Origin: Trypanosoma brucei
Taxonomy: Eukaryota
Direction of reading: 5' to 3'
Length of the DNA: 64,000 nt
Assembly (NCBI GenBank): GCA_000002445.1
Contig: AE017150.2
Span: forward strand, 800,001-864,000
Shown here: in pieces, positions 31,620 through 41,870 of the stretch
Layout of the letters: each line of letters starts with the position of its first letter
How positions within the stretch are numbered: position 1 is the first letter of the stretch
Translations under genes and position numbers: made by a program
The notes under the pieces: generated by a model
What the model was told of the DNA's origin: nothing
Databases searched by the model: none
Seen by the model: only the letters and a program-made list of their open reading frames with translations

Positions 31620-33214
31620 GCAAATGCCAACTCGTAGGTAGTTTCTCTTGTTTTCTTTTTTTACTTTTTCTTTTCTCCTTTTATGTAACAGTAAAAATGT
31701 ATATATATGCGTGTGTGTCTCTCTCCTCTCTTCTCCCCTTTATTGCTACCGGTATAGTTATTTTTTTAACCCTCACTTGCTTTTCGTTCCTTCAGTAGTT
31801 TTCTTTCAACAAAAAAAGAGGAAAAAAAGTCAAAAACTGGGTTCACTAACTTCTCTCCTAATGCTCCTACACTACAACTACTTTTAGTTACTTTTTTTTT
31901 TTTCAGCCACCTGAATCACGCCAATAGTTTAAACGCCTAATTTTTGCAGCTCCGTATGGACCTATTTAAATGTGCTGGGAAGTTTTAGTCTGATCTACTT
32001 TGATATCACACGAAATTAAAATGACAAAAATGTAACTTGCTTTTCCTACTTTTTTTTTTCAAATGTATGTTTGTTTGTGTGTGTGTGTGTGTGTATGTGT
32101 ATGTTTATTATATGGTTTTTATTAATTTTATTTTTTGAAATACGGTAGCGAAAACAAAATAAAATAAAACAACACCAAAAAAGAAAATAATAAGAGGAAA
32201 GAGTAAAATATATATATATATGTTAGAAAAAGGGGTATGAAATGAGAAAACAAAAAGTTAGGCAAGCGGAACGCATGGAAGGGGGAAAAAGAGAAAAAAA
32301 AGTCACTCGAACCCCTCCTCTTCCTCCTCCTCCTTAAAGGGGAAGCTCATATATTATATTATATTATATTTATTTGTATTTGTATTTGTATTTGTATCTT
32401 TATGTTTACACACTGACACCTCCCGCATAAGTTTCCTTCCTTCCATTTACTCGGCTCCCATTTTTCTCATATGCCTCCATGCATGCACACACTTACTGAG
32501 GGCGAAGCGGGAGTGGTGGAAAAGGAGGGAGTGCCAAATGTTTGGAAGACGTGAAAAGAAAAAAGGAAATAAAAAAACAAACATAAACATAAACAAATAC
32601 AAATACAAATACAAATGAACACACGTCATTGAAAAAAAAAGAAAAGGGAGAACAAAAGGCGAAATTGTTCCTTTTCCGTGCGCAATAGACTGGCCGCGTA
32701 TTCTTCGAGCGGTTTCAGTAGCACAAATGATTCCTTCTTTTTCCTTTGTTTCTAATTTTTTTTTTCTGTTCGTTATATTCCTCTTCCTACTTTCATTTCT
32801 TTTTTCTCTTCCTCTCTTCCACCTCCCCTCCGTCCATACCACATTATACCCTTCCTCTTTTCAGATAAACCAATTCTGCAGCTTAACTACTATAGTCTTA
32901 CTAGATTAATATATATATATGATTAAATAATTGCATGTTTCTCGGCCTTTTTTGTCTTTTGTCTGTCCGTTTTTCCCTTTTTTTTTTTTTCCTCCCTCTT
33001 CTTTCCTTCTTTTTCCTTCTATACTTTCTCGTGTAGCCCTGTTATGGTTGCTGTTTGGATCCTTTAGACCCTCCGACACGTCTCTCAGCTTTTTTTTTCC
33101 TCCTGCCGCTCCGCCCCACCCCCTTTTCCGCCACGACTGCCTTCTTTAAAACTTCTCCATCTTTTTCCCCCTCGTCTCTCATCATTGCTTTTTGTTCTGC
33201 CCTTTCATTACCGA

Positions 33215-33223
<9 letters not shown>

Positions 33224-33245
<22 letters not shown>

Positions 33246-33246
33246 G
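33224..33246. repeat. (ATT)n microsatellite. It is the inverted partner of the (AAT)n run at 33445-33492
   Basis: attattattattattattattatt read directly. Confidence 0.85.
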
Positions 33247-33444
33247 GTGTTGTTGTTTCTGATGCTGCTGCTGCGTTCATTTTCCGCCCCCTCAATCCCA
33301 TTCTCTCATAAAATACACGTAAATGTAAGTGTCCCCCAACGAAACTCCACTAGCCATTTTTTTTTCTTTTCTTTTCTTTTTGTTTTTCGTGTATTTTGTC
33401 CTCTGTTCTCATTGTTTCTCGAGATGATGTCAACACGAGGTGCA

Positions 33445-33492
33445 AATAATAATAATAATAATAATAATAACAACAACAATAATAATAATAAC
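33445..33492. repeat. (AAT)n microsatellite with AAC interruptions
   Basis: aataataataataataataataacaacaacaataataataataa read directly. It produces a spurious poly-Asn ORF on the + strand. Confidence 0.85.
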
Positions 33493-34115
33493 ACCCATCA
33501 AGATCATTTGAACAGATTCCAATCGTTAGCTTCTTCTCTCCCCTGCCCTTTTGATTCACTGGCACTCACCTTCCGGTTACCATCATTGGTTTGAAAACAG
33601 TTATTGCGGCAACGGTAAATATGTCATAACGCCTTCTCTCTCTTAACTGCATCTCCGTGGTAAGAAATTATAGCGTGATCAATTGGACGGAGAGGGGTTT
33701 TAAAAAAAAAAAAAGAAAGAAACATGAGAAGAACAAAACCAAATAGCAACCGAATAGGAAGATGGGTGAGTCAGAGAAGAAATCAAGGACAAAAGGTAGA
33801 GGTAATGGGACAGGAAAGAGAAAAAGGAGATATGGGCTTCAGAAAGAGGGTTCCATCAACACAACGATACCTTGCTCACCGTTACCATGTCACACCACTA
33901 CTCTTGTTGATTTTTTTTTTAAAGAAAAGGGAAAGGGAAAAAAAAACGAAGCATTGTTAACGTTATTTCTTTTTCCTGGTTCATTTGGACTACTACACCT
34001 TATTATAGCGCTGTGAAGGGGATTTAAAAAAAAAAAAGAAACAACAACAATAATAATAATAATAACCCCCGGCACAGTCGCGTGCCGAACACTACAATTT
34101 TTCAGAATTTGGGCT

Positions 34116-35441
34116 TCAGTCCCTTACGCGGTCGTCACGCACGCGGGGCCGCTCCCCCTCACGCGGGTACCTTCGGCGTGATGGACTGCGACTTCGGTCA
34201 CGGCCCCGTTCCCGCTCCCGTGTGAATCGCTTGGGACTGCGACTGCGAGTTCGACTGCGACTGCGGCTGCGGCTGCGGCGTCGGTGCCGGCGTTCGTACG
34301 AGGGTGAGCGGGACCGGGAACGGGGCCGCCTCCTGTCGTATTCACCACCCACACGACGGTCATTGTAAGGAGGCCTTCTGCCAACATCCCCTCGTCTGTC
34401 ACCACCCATAGGACCCATGTAATAACCACCAGGAGGTGCATGTCCCATACGTCCCATTGCGCCCATATTACCCCCACGGTTGCGGTCGTACGAGCCGGGC
34501 TGCATGCGACAATCCCTCGCCATGTGACCCGGACGACCGCAGGTGCGGCAGGTTGGCTCACCACGGCACTGAGTGGCAACGTGACCCTCTTTATTACATT
34601 TGAAGCACCGTTGTCGCTGACGCCTCTCAATCTGCACACGGTGCCCATCCATCTCCGTACCGTCCATCTGAATGGCAGCCGCACAGGCACTTTCGTCTGC
34701 GAAACCAACAAAGGCGAACATCTTCCTTTCATGAATAAAAATATCCACCGGCTCGCCAACTGCCGCGAAAAAATTGCGAATAGAGTTCTCTGTTACATCT
34801 GGTGGAAGGTTCTTGACGACGACCTTCATCTCCAGTTGACTCTCCCGACTCACTGTCCGCTTGAGCTCGACATTAATGATGGTGCCGTTGAGTTCTGTGC
34901 CGGTCATTTTTAGAGCAGCTTCAACAGCTTCGCGGCTGTCAAACCCAACAAAGGCGTAGCGACGACGGGGTTCCAGAAAGAAATCCAAAATAGTACCTGC
35001 GCTTTGAAACATATTCCGTAGTTGCTGTTCCGTTGCGTCATCAGGAAGGTGACGTACAGCAACCTTGTAGTCGTCACGAAAGCGTTTCTGCTTATTGCTT
35101 TCCTCTGTATTTCCCGTATCCGACAGGCCATCACGATTTGCCCCATTGGAGACCTCTCCCGCGGCATCCTCAGCAGAACCCGCCCCCGCGCCGTCTGCCT
35201 GCGGAACATCCTCCGTCGTCTTTTCCACGGCCTCCACTTTCAGTGTTACTCCAACATCGAATTCACAACCATCCATTCTTAGAGCTTCCGCGTAATCGTC
35301 TTGGTTCTTGTAGGAAACTGTCGCCTCCGTCCCAGCGACGCTGCATTCCGTCACTTCACCAAAGCGGGTAAAAAATTCACGAACCGCGTCGTCGGCGGTT
35401 CCGTCGGCAAGTCCAGCCACCCGAAGGGTATATTGTTGCAT
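34116..35441 (-). CDS. RRM1: SR-related nuclear RNA-binding protein with three RRM domains, two CCHC zinc knuckles and an RS/RG-rich C-terminal tail (TbRRM1-like architecture)
   Basis: Three RRM-like blocks each carry an RNP1-like motif (YAFVGFDSREAVEAA; MFAFVGFADESACAAA). The two zinc knuckles are CFKCNKEGHVATQC and CRTCGRPGHMARDC. The tail RSRSRSPSYERRHRRRSRSRSRSRTRSRSP is encoded by a (GCG/GCT/GAC)-type repeat at ~34200-34290. Confidence 0.8.
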   Translation of the reverse strand: MQQYTLRVAGLADGTADDAVREFFTRFGEVTECSVAGTEATVSYKNQDDYAEALRMDGCEFDVGVTLKVEAVEKTTEDVPQADGAGAGSAEDAAGEVSNGANRDGLSDTGNTEESNKQKRFRDDYKVAVRHLPDDATEQQLRNMFQSAGTILDFFLEPRRRYAFVGFDSREAVEAALKMTGTELNGTIINVELKRTVSRESQLEMKVVVKNLPPDVTENSIRNFFAAVGEPVDIFIHERKMFAFVGFADESACAAAIQMDGTEMDGHRVQIERRQRQRCFKCNKEGHVATQCRGEPTCRTCGRPGHMARDCRMQPGSYDRNRGGNMGAMGRMGHAPPGGYYMGPMGGDRRGDVGRRPPYNDRRVGGEYDRRRPRSRSRSPSYERRHRRRSRSRSRSRTRSRSPKRFTRERERGRDRSRSPSRRRYPREGERPRVRDDRVRD

Positions 35442-38136
35442 GCTGTTTTTTACCGTTGACTGCTTTTCTCCTGCCTACCACTTAATTACCCTTTCCCCCC
35501 TTCTTCTGAATGGTTTTCGTTACAGGTACCCACCACCTAACCACCTTCTTCGATTAAAATGGATATACCTCTCCAGCAAAGAGTAGCAATTATCTACTCT
35601 TTTTCTTTTTTTTAAAAAAAAAGTTTGTTTTTCCCTTTTTTAAATTTTTTTTCCTTTCCTGACGCAGTGTATATCTGTAAGATTACGCGTACCCCAGATA
35701 CCTTTCCTGCGTTTTATGTTTCCGCTTTGGTATCCGCCGTGTGAAGGAAAACGCGAAACGGCCTCGTTCTTTGAGTTCCTTTTTTGGGGTGGGAGGGGAA
35801 AGCTTCTTTCCCTTTCGTCTTCTTCCTTTCTGTTTTTGTCGCCGTCTCGAGACTCCTCCTCCGTTGCCTAATCAACAATATTGATAATAATGTTGTTCCT
35901 TCAGTAATAATGTCCGACAGACTAACGCACCTCTAAGCTTAGCTCTGCGCCAAATCAGAACTACTACGATACGGTTTTGTATATATATATATATATATAT
36001 GTAAATGTATATACATACATACAATTACGATATTGTTGTTGTTGTTGGAAAGGGTTAGTGTGTTGATACGCATGCATGAGGAAAGGAGCATAAAGACACA
36101 TCATAATACCCGGTGGTTATTGTTGCAGCAGTGATGACGGAGCTTCCAGTCAATCAGTCAGTCGTGAGTTCGGTTTCATTTTTAACGCATCCATGGGAGT
36201 CCTTCAAATTTCCCCACACTTCGGAACCTCACATCAGCACATATCGCGTAGAAACGAGCACACTTACACGAAACCACCATACAAACATGAGCCATTTCCC
36301 TCCCCTCATGCCTTTCATTCGCATTCAGTAAATTAGTTTAGTTCATTGAGTATTGTGTTGCCGTATTTGCTCATTGTTCTTATCTGATACATATACGTAT
36401 ACAGCTGCGTGCGAGTGAACGTTATGGTTTGGGTCGCAGCACACCTCACCAAATATCGCACACAAACGTTCACCCAACCACTCAGTCATACATAAATTCA
36501 CGTGCACAGGATATGTACAAGTAAAAACAACAACTACAAAAGAAAAAGCAACCATCGTGTACACGACCATTGTAAACAGTACCACGAAATACGCACGAAC
36601 TGACACGACATCACAGCGCAACATATGCAAACTAAAGCCTCTCCCTCATTGCTCCTTCCAACTCAAACAAACCCGCGTCACCACGACAACACGACACCAC
36701 CTCCCCTACCACCACCACAACAAAAAACATATACAACAAAAAATACATACGCGCATGATTTTTTTTTTTCATCATTCGTCCCCCCACCCGCACTAACCAG
36801 GAAATTACAGCGGGTGAAGGAGGTTTGAGAGTACACAGTCAAGTGGTAATTAGCTCACATAACCACAACATACGAATGGAAAGAGAAAGGGAAAAAGAAA
36901 GGTTAAGGTAAGGAAAGGTAAGGTCGAAAAAAAAAAACGGAAAAAAAAAAGAAATATAGCAACACATAAGCGAAATGAGATAGAGAAACCCACGCCTTCC
37001 CCCTCTCTTTCTCTTTATTCAACTGACTCCTCACCCTTTCAATTATCCATCAACAATGGTTCCCCATCACACTCCTCACCACTTCCTCTCCTCCCACCTT
37101 ACATGCATACCCTTTCGTGTCCACGCTCCCATTTGATTAGGTGTCCTGCACCTGAGACATGAAAATAAAATAAAAATAAAAAACAAACCCATTTATTGTG
37201 TGTGTGTGTGTTTCGTTTCTCCGTCACTTTAAATTTAACATATTTATTTATTTGATCGCTCTTCCCACACACACCTCCCGTCGCGCACCTGCTTGCCTCA
37301 TTGCTTGCCTGCTACTGCCTCAGATTGTATATACACAAACACACTAATTTATGTAAAGCAAAGGAAGCAACACCAACAAAAATATAATTGGAGGGATGAA
37401 GCAAATGAATAAACAAATAAATAAGTGAATGAATTAATGAATGAAGTAAGTAAGGAACTTCAAAGTGTTTGGAAACCCACGAGGGGGGAAAAGAAAAAGT
37501 AGTCATAACGGCAAAGAGGGGGAAACCAGTCAGTCTCCGCCACTGAATATCATGACACTCACAGGTCATTCCTACTTTCCCGAAGATTGGCAGTAGGAAG
37601 CATTAGGCGCCGGTATTAGAATCAGAATAAAAACTTATAAGGTATGGAAAGTAGTCTTCATGAGCCGCCCTATTCGCAACGGCGAGGCATCAAATAATAA
37701 ATGGAGGGATGGAAAACGCTAGTATTTAAAGAATGAAAACAGGAAATAAGGGAGATACATTCCCTCATTTCCTGATGGTACCTTCACAGCACTGCAATTG
37801 TTTGCCATCACAGATTCGAGCACACAAACACGCGAGGACACGTACCACAGAGATCAAGTGCCGACACATAAAGTGGCATCCTTTCCACAAAAATTTAAAA
37901 AAATAGAAGACAAAAGACAGTAAAGTCGAGAAAGGAAAAAAAAAAAGAAAGGGGACAACACGAAATGAAACACAGAAGACAAAAATTTTCCAACGTGTGT
38001 TAAATTAGAGAGCGGGCAACAATATAAACAATTTTACAAAATATATTTATTAATAGGCATATATTTATTCGCCAAAGACAAGTGGCGCACGTGCTAAGTG
38101 CACGCGCAGCTCTGAAAGCAGGTAAGGACACGTGCC

Positions 38137-40413
38137 TCAACATCGTGGACCAAGGGCAATAAGGAAAGGTTTTCCCTCCGGGTCCGCCTGGTCCGCAACC
38201 TCATGTCGTTTCCGCAACCAAAACAACTGCATAAGCCGCAATTTGAGCATATGCAGTCTATTGGACTCATGCACGACTGCGATTTCATTGTACTCCCCGT
38301 GCTTGCGGTGAAGCTCCCGCTGCGAGTACCGCGAAATCACGTAATCTATGCCTTCAGAGTTGTACAAGTCATTAGTTTCGTCAAATCGTATTTCTTCCTT
38401 AATGTATTGCATCTCCAGCCCGCGTCTCTGAAGCAATATCGAAAGACTGAAGGCATCTGATACCTCTGTGCGGCTGCTATCGCCACCACTAACAACAGCG
38501 GGGGATGGCACATTGCCCGTCCCAAACAATTCTTCATCATGAAGCCCAGTGTCGCCAACAACTATTGATCGTCCGACACTCATTAGCGCGCGGAAAGGAA
38601 ATGTCAAAAGTTTAACAAAGCGATCCGACACCTGCTGTGAAGCGCCAGCGGTTGCAAATGTGCTATTTGTGGGGTTCCGCCTCTGTATTTTATGCACCTT
38701 CTGGAAGCGGCTGATTCCAGTCATTGCTGCATAGGCGTCAATGAAGACAGAAATAGAGTTGCTCCTGTTCGTTCTTGTGGTTAGGCGCCGACTTAGGCAC
38801 GAGGACGAGTTCCTAACATCTTTTTCTACAGCGTGGTGAAGACGTCGTAGAGCCTCGGACCCCGGGTAATTATCAGCGCTCAAGTACACAGAAAGCAAAA
38901 CGGTCGCGAGCTGCACAGTGTACAAGAGGACTATCAAAGATGCGATGACAGAGCGCCGGGTTAAGCAAGCAAGAAACCACCTCGGCCTGACATTAAAACC
39001 ACCCTTCCCATCTCCTCTGCTGCGCAGGTTTGCACCCTCATTCCTCCACTTTACTAGCGTAGCACGCCCCTGTACAATTCCCTTTCCTTTTGTCACCTCC
39101 AATGTGCAAGATGACAGTGGCCGCGCGAAACACTCGTCCCATAGGCGTGTACCAGCCGCCGCTAGGGGCACCAGCAACCAGGGAAACACAATCATCAAAA
39201 ACCGAACTTCCTTGTGGGGAAGCAAACTGTACAATACGATGAAGAGACTTGACGGTACCAATAAGTCAGCGTACCGCTCGCTGGTGTCCAGAAACACCCA
39301 AAGCGCACAGTGGGCTGCAGCAGGTGATGGTTCTTCACTAGTTGTTCCTTCTCTTCTGCCCGCGCCCGACAACCTATGCAATGCAAAATATATGTTCCCC
39401 CACCCCATGCACACTAAAGTAAGCCACAATGGATACAGAAAGAGCAAGCTGCGCGGCAGTGCCACCAGCACGTACCAATATACGGGCAGCCTTCCCCACC
39501 TCCACGATTGATTCTCTGCGGTGTTAAACAGGAGAACCACGGCTTCCGGCCACACCAACCTCCCCCACAAGTAGCTATCCATCCCAATACTGAAGATAAC
39601 GACAGCAGCCACCGAACAGATGCCCGCCGCGACGCCACGCAGCAACGTGATGTCACCTCTCAACAACAAGAATAAAGAGTAAGGTGCCAGCAAGACCAGA
39701 ACATCACATCGAAACAACGCTGAGGTAGCGCTGAGCAGTGCAATTGCCCAATAGTATTTGCCACGGCAAGTAGCACCACATGCTAGAGTACACATTATAA
39801 GTCCGTACGTGTTGGGCAACGGCCGCGTTGCATAAAATACCAAATGAAATTGCGACAGGCACAACAAGTAAAACACACTCGAAACATGCCGCATACTGAC
39901 AGGGCACCTGGCTGCGGCAACACGTGAAGATGTGCTCTTGAATTTTTCCCATTTCGCAGCGCTGTCAATACCACAACCAACATAACCGAGAGCACAGCAG
40001 GTGACGACGCCCAAGGTCACCCGACACATGTTAGAAGCAAGCATTGGAAACAACGCAAACAACTCCTCAGAAGAACCCACAAGACCAACATCCTCCACCA
40101 GTCGAACAAACCATGCAACATCTCCCGCAACAACATACTTCAATGGTTCCAATAGGAACCTTACGACATAATTCACATCACAGAGAAACGGCAACATCGC
40201 CAACGACGCAACAAACCAAGGTCCAGTAAACGTTCGAGGAACCACCCCAGGCGAGCTTAAATGGTCAAAACATGCTCTTTTACCACAAAGCAAAAAATCA
40301 TGCATCGCCTGCATACCGAAGCTCTCCTCCACTTTCGTATAAGGGCAAACTATTTCAACAGAAATGACACAAGCCAACAAAAATAAAAAACTAAAAAACG
40401 ATAAAACAGTCAT
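38137..40413 (-). CDS. ALG12: Dol-P-Man-dependent alpha-1,6-mannosyltransferase of the ALG12 type (GT22 family), carrying a ~270-aa C-terminal extension
   Basis: The N-terminus CPYTKVEESFGMQAMHDFL...FDHLSSPGVVPRTFTGP matches the GT22/ALG12 signature (PYTKVEESFNLQATHD...FPGVVPRTF). About ten hydrophobic helices follow over ~470 aa, and the remaining ~270 aa are hydrophilic. Confidence 0.75.
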   Translation of the reverse strand: MTVLSFFSFLFLLACVISVEIVCPYTKVEESFGMQAMHDFLLCGKRACFDHLSSPGVVPRTFTGPWFVASLAMLPFLCDVNYVVRFLLEPLKYVVAGDVAWFVRLVEDVGLVGSSEELFALFPMLASNMCRVTLGVVTCCALGYVGCGIDSAAKWEKFKSTSSRVAAARCPVSMRHVSSVFYLLCLSQFHLVFYATRPLPNTYGLIMCTLACGATCRGKYYWAIALLSATSALFRCDVLVLLAPYSLFLLLRGDITLLRGVAAGICSVAAVVIFSIGMDSYLWGRLVWPEAVVLLFNTAENQSWRWGRLPVYWYVLVALPRSLLFLYPLWLTLVCMGWGNIYFALHRLSGAGRREGTTSEEPSPAAAHCALWVFLDTSERYADLLVPSSLFIVLYSLLPHKEVRFLMIVFPWLLVPLAAAGTRLWDECFARPLSSCTLEVTKGKGIVQGRATLVKWRNEGANLRSRGDGKGGFNVRPRWFLACLTRRSVIASLIVLLYTVQLATVLLSVYLSADNYPGSEALRRLHHAVEKDVRNSSSCLSRRLTTRTNRSNSISVFIDAYAAMTGISRFQKVHKIQRRNPTNSTFATAGASQQVSDRFVKLLTFPFRALMSVGRSIVVGDTGLHDEELFGTGNVPSPAVVSGGDSSRTEVSDAFSLSILLQRRGLEMQYIKEEIRFDETNDLYNSEGIDYVISRYSQRELHRKHGEYNEIAVVHESNRLHMLKLRLMQLFWLRKRHEVADQADPEGKPFLIALGPRC

Positions 40414-40507
40414 TTACAGATAAGACTACGTGAAAAGGAAAAGAAAAAAAATAGAAATTTAAAAACTGCACTCACTCACAGAGAATATACATTACACGTC
40501 ACAAGCA

Positions 40508-40880
40508 TTCAAATACAGCACAAAAATAAGGTTGACAACGAGCTTCCGGTGCACACACCAACCCGTAAACGAATAACAAAGCACATCAAAAACACAAAAC
40601 TACCAAGACAATCGATAAGGTAACTGTATGCCACGCCAACCAGTTGCAGCGCAATGCTCATACTGGCAAACGTGGCACACGCTGCGCCAAGGCTCACAGT
40701 ATCAACAGTGATGTAATCGACAGAGCGTTACCAAATACATCACCACGACAGGACATAGCACACTACGGAACCTGCAACATTACGATATAGCTGCAAAACA
40801 AAACAACAGGAAAAACAATTACTGTATATCCACAACACCGGTCACAGCTGCGCCCCATCACGCGTCCAGTACACCTCCCC
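40508..40880. repeat. Copy A of an exact ~370-bp direct repeat (copy B is at 63630-64000). It contains the last ~12 codons of the uL11 gene plus ~335 bp of its 3' flank
   Basis: Identical 62-aa ORFs appear at 40509..40697 and 63632..63820 in the track. Direct comparison shows base-for-base identity from ttcaaatacagcacaaaaataagg through ...cgcgtccagtacacctc. Confidence 0.9.
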
Positions 40881-41870
40881 ACTCATTGCAGCCTCGTCCA
40901 TCTGCTTCCGCTTCTCACCTTCAGGGAGTCGGTAATTCATAAAAACAATACGCATCTCCTCTGGCGTCATGTCCTTCACCCAACCTCGTGCATTCAAGTA
41001 ACGTCGAGCAAGTTCCCGCTCCCTCAAATCACGATGATAAGGGCTCAGTGGGTGGCTCGCTCTCCACAGGGTATCCAGTAAACAGGGGTCACGCAAACCC
41101 TCCTCAATCTGTTCATCCGTCAGTGGTGACATATTGGGCCGGTGCAACCGCTCAATCAGTGGTGCCTCTTCAAGTTCACGCTGCCTCAACGTAGTATATT
41201 GTTCCATGTGTATACGCCTGTACCTTTCGCATTCCTCCGTGTACTGCTGCTCAGTCATATCTTTCACGGGGGAACTGTAAGGTGTATCTACGCCAATGAA
41301 ACAAACACCCATCCGCCTGGCTTGCCCAACAACGCGTCGTACACGGGTCTCCAGTAACGGGTACTCTGGACGTCCCCAACACAACGGTTTCATTTTCGCT
41401 ATTTCGTATGCCATCTCCAATGTCATCAGAGCACAGTAGTGCCCTCGCAGCGGCACAGGTCCCGTCTCCCGCCGCTTCTTCCGAAGTGCACGCAGAATGA
41501 ACCACGCAGTAGGTGGCGGTTCAATTGTAAAAAGATACGATTTGTCAAAGTACACTTGGATGCGAACAATCAGCTCGACATCTTCCTTGAAGTGTGGCTT
41601 CGTCCGGTCATTGAACACCTTCGCAAAATCCATCGCCTTCAGCCCAAGTTTCGAAAACTCTTGTCCCACGGGAGGACCCGTCGCCGCCTTCCCAGCCTTA
41701 ATAAAGAAACGCCAGTTGTGCAATACACGCTTCCCAGGAAATTCAGGTCGCCCAAATATATCCCTCGCCTTCTCAACCACCAAAGCTTCAGGCAGTCGGT
41801 TTGAACCAGGTTCTACACACACCGTCTTGGGCCGTGCCCTTAGTTGAAGGACGCCACACGCGCGGAGCAT
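40842..41870 (-). CDS. Mitochondrial ribosomal protein uL11 with a long C-terminal extension
   Basis: The uL11 N-terminal domain motif AGKAATGPPVGQEFSKLGLKAMDFAKVFNDRTK...VELIVRIQVYFDKSYLFTIEPPP is present. The 342 aa length is far above the ~140-aa bacterial uL11, as is usual for kinetoplastid mitoribosomal proteins. Confidence 0.75.
   Translation of the reverse strand: MLRACGVLQLRARPKTVCVEPGSNRLPEALVVEKARDIFGRPEFPGKRVLHNWRFFIKAGKAATGPPVGQEFSKLGLKAMDFAKVFNDRTKPHFKEDVELIVRIQVYFDKSYLFTIEPPPTAWFILRALRKKRRETGPVPLRGHYCALMTLEMAYEIAKMKPLCWGRPEYPLLETRVRRVVGQARRMGVCFIGVDTPYSSPVKDMTEQQYTEECERYRRIHMEQYTTLRQRELEEAPLIERLHRPNMSPLTDEQIEEGLRDPCLLDTLWRASHPLSPYHRDLRERELARRYLNARGWVKDMTPEEMRIVFMNYRLPEGEKRKQMDEAAMSGEVYWTRDGAQL

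Noticed and set aside
33055-33594. A 179-aa + strand ORF with poly-Leu and poly-Asn runs. Similar ORFs occur at 32447..32842 (-) and 30139..30411 (+)
   Set aside because: These are translations of intergenic microsatellites ((AAT)n, (GTT)n, poly-T). They are low complexity with no start or acceptor context. Chance ORFs in AT-rich spacers.
34124-34759. A 211-aa ORF overlapping the RRM1-like gene on the same strand
   Set aside because: It is an alternate frame of a GC-rich repeat-containing CDS. The RRM/CCHC frame is clearly the real one.
40509-40697. A 62-aa minus-strand ORF (MSLGAACATFASMSIALQLVGVAYSYLIDCLGSFVFLMCFVIRL…) found identically twice (also at 63632..63820). At first sight this looks like a conserved small protein.
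   Set aside because: Its two occurrences are identical only because the whole 370-bp stretch is an exact DNA repeat (3' flank of uL11). It lies in a 3'-UTR/intergenic position with no upstream acceptor context of its own and has low-complexity composition. Its conservation is not evidence of coding.
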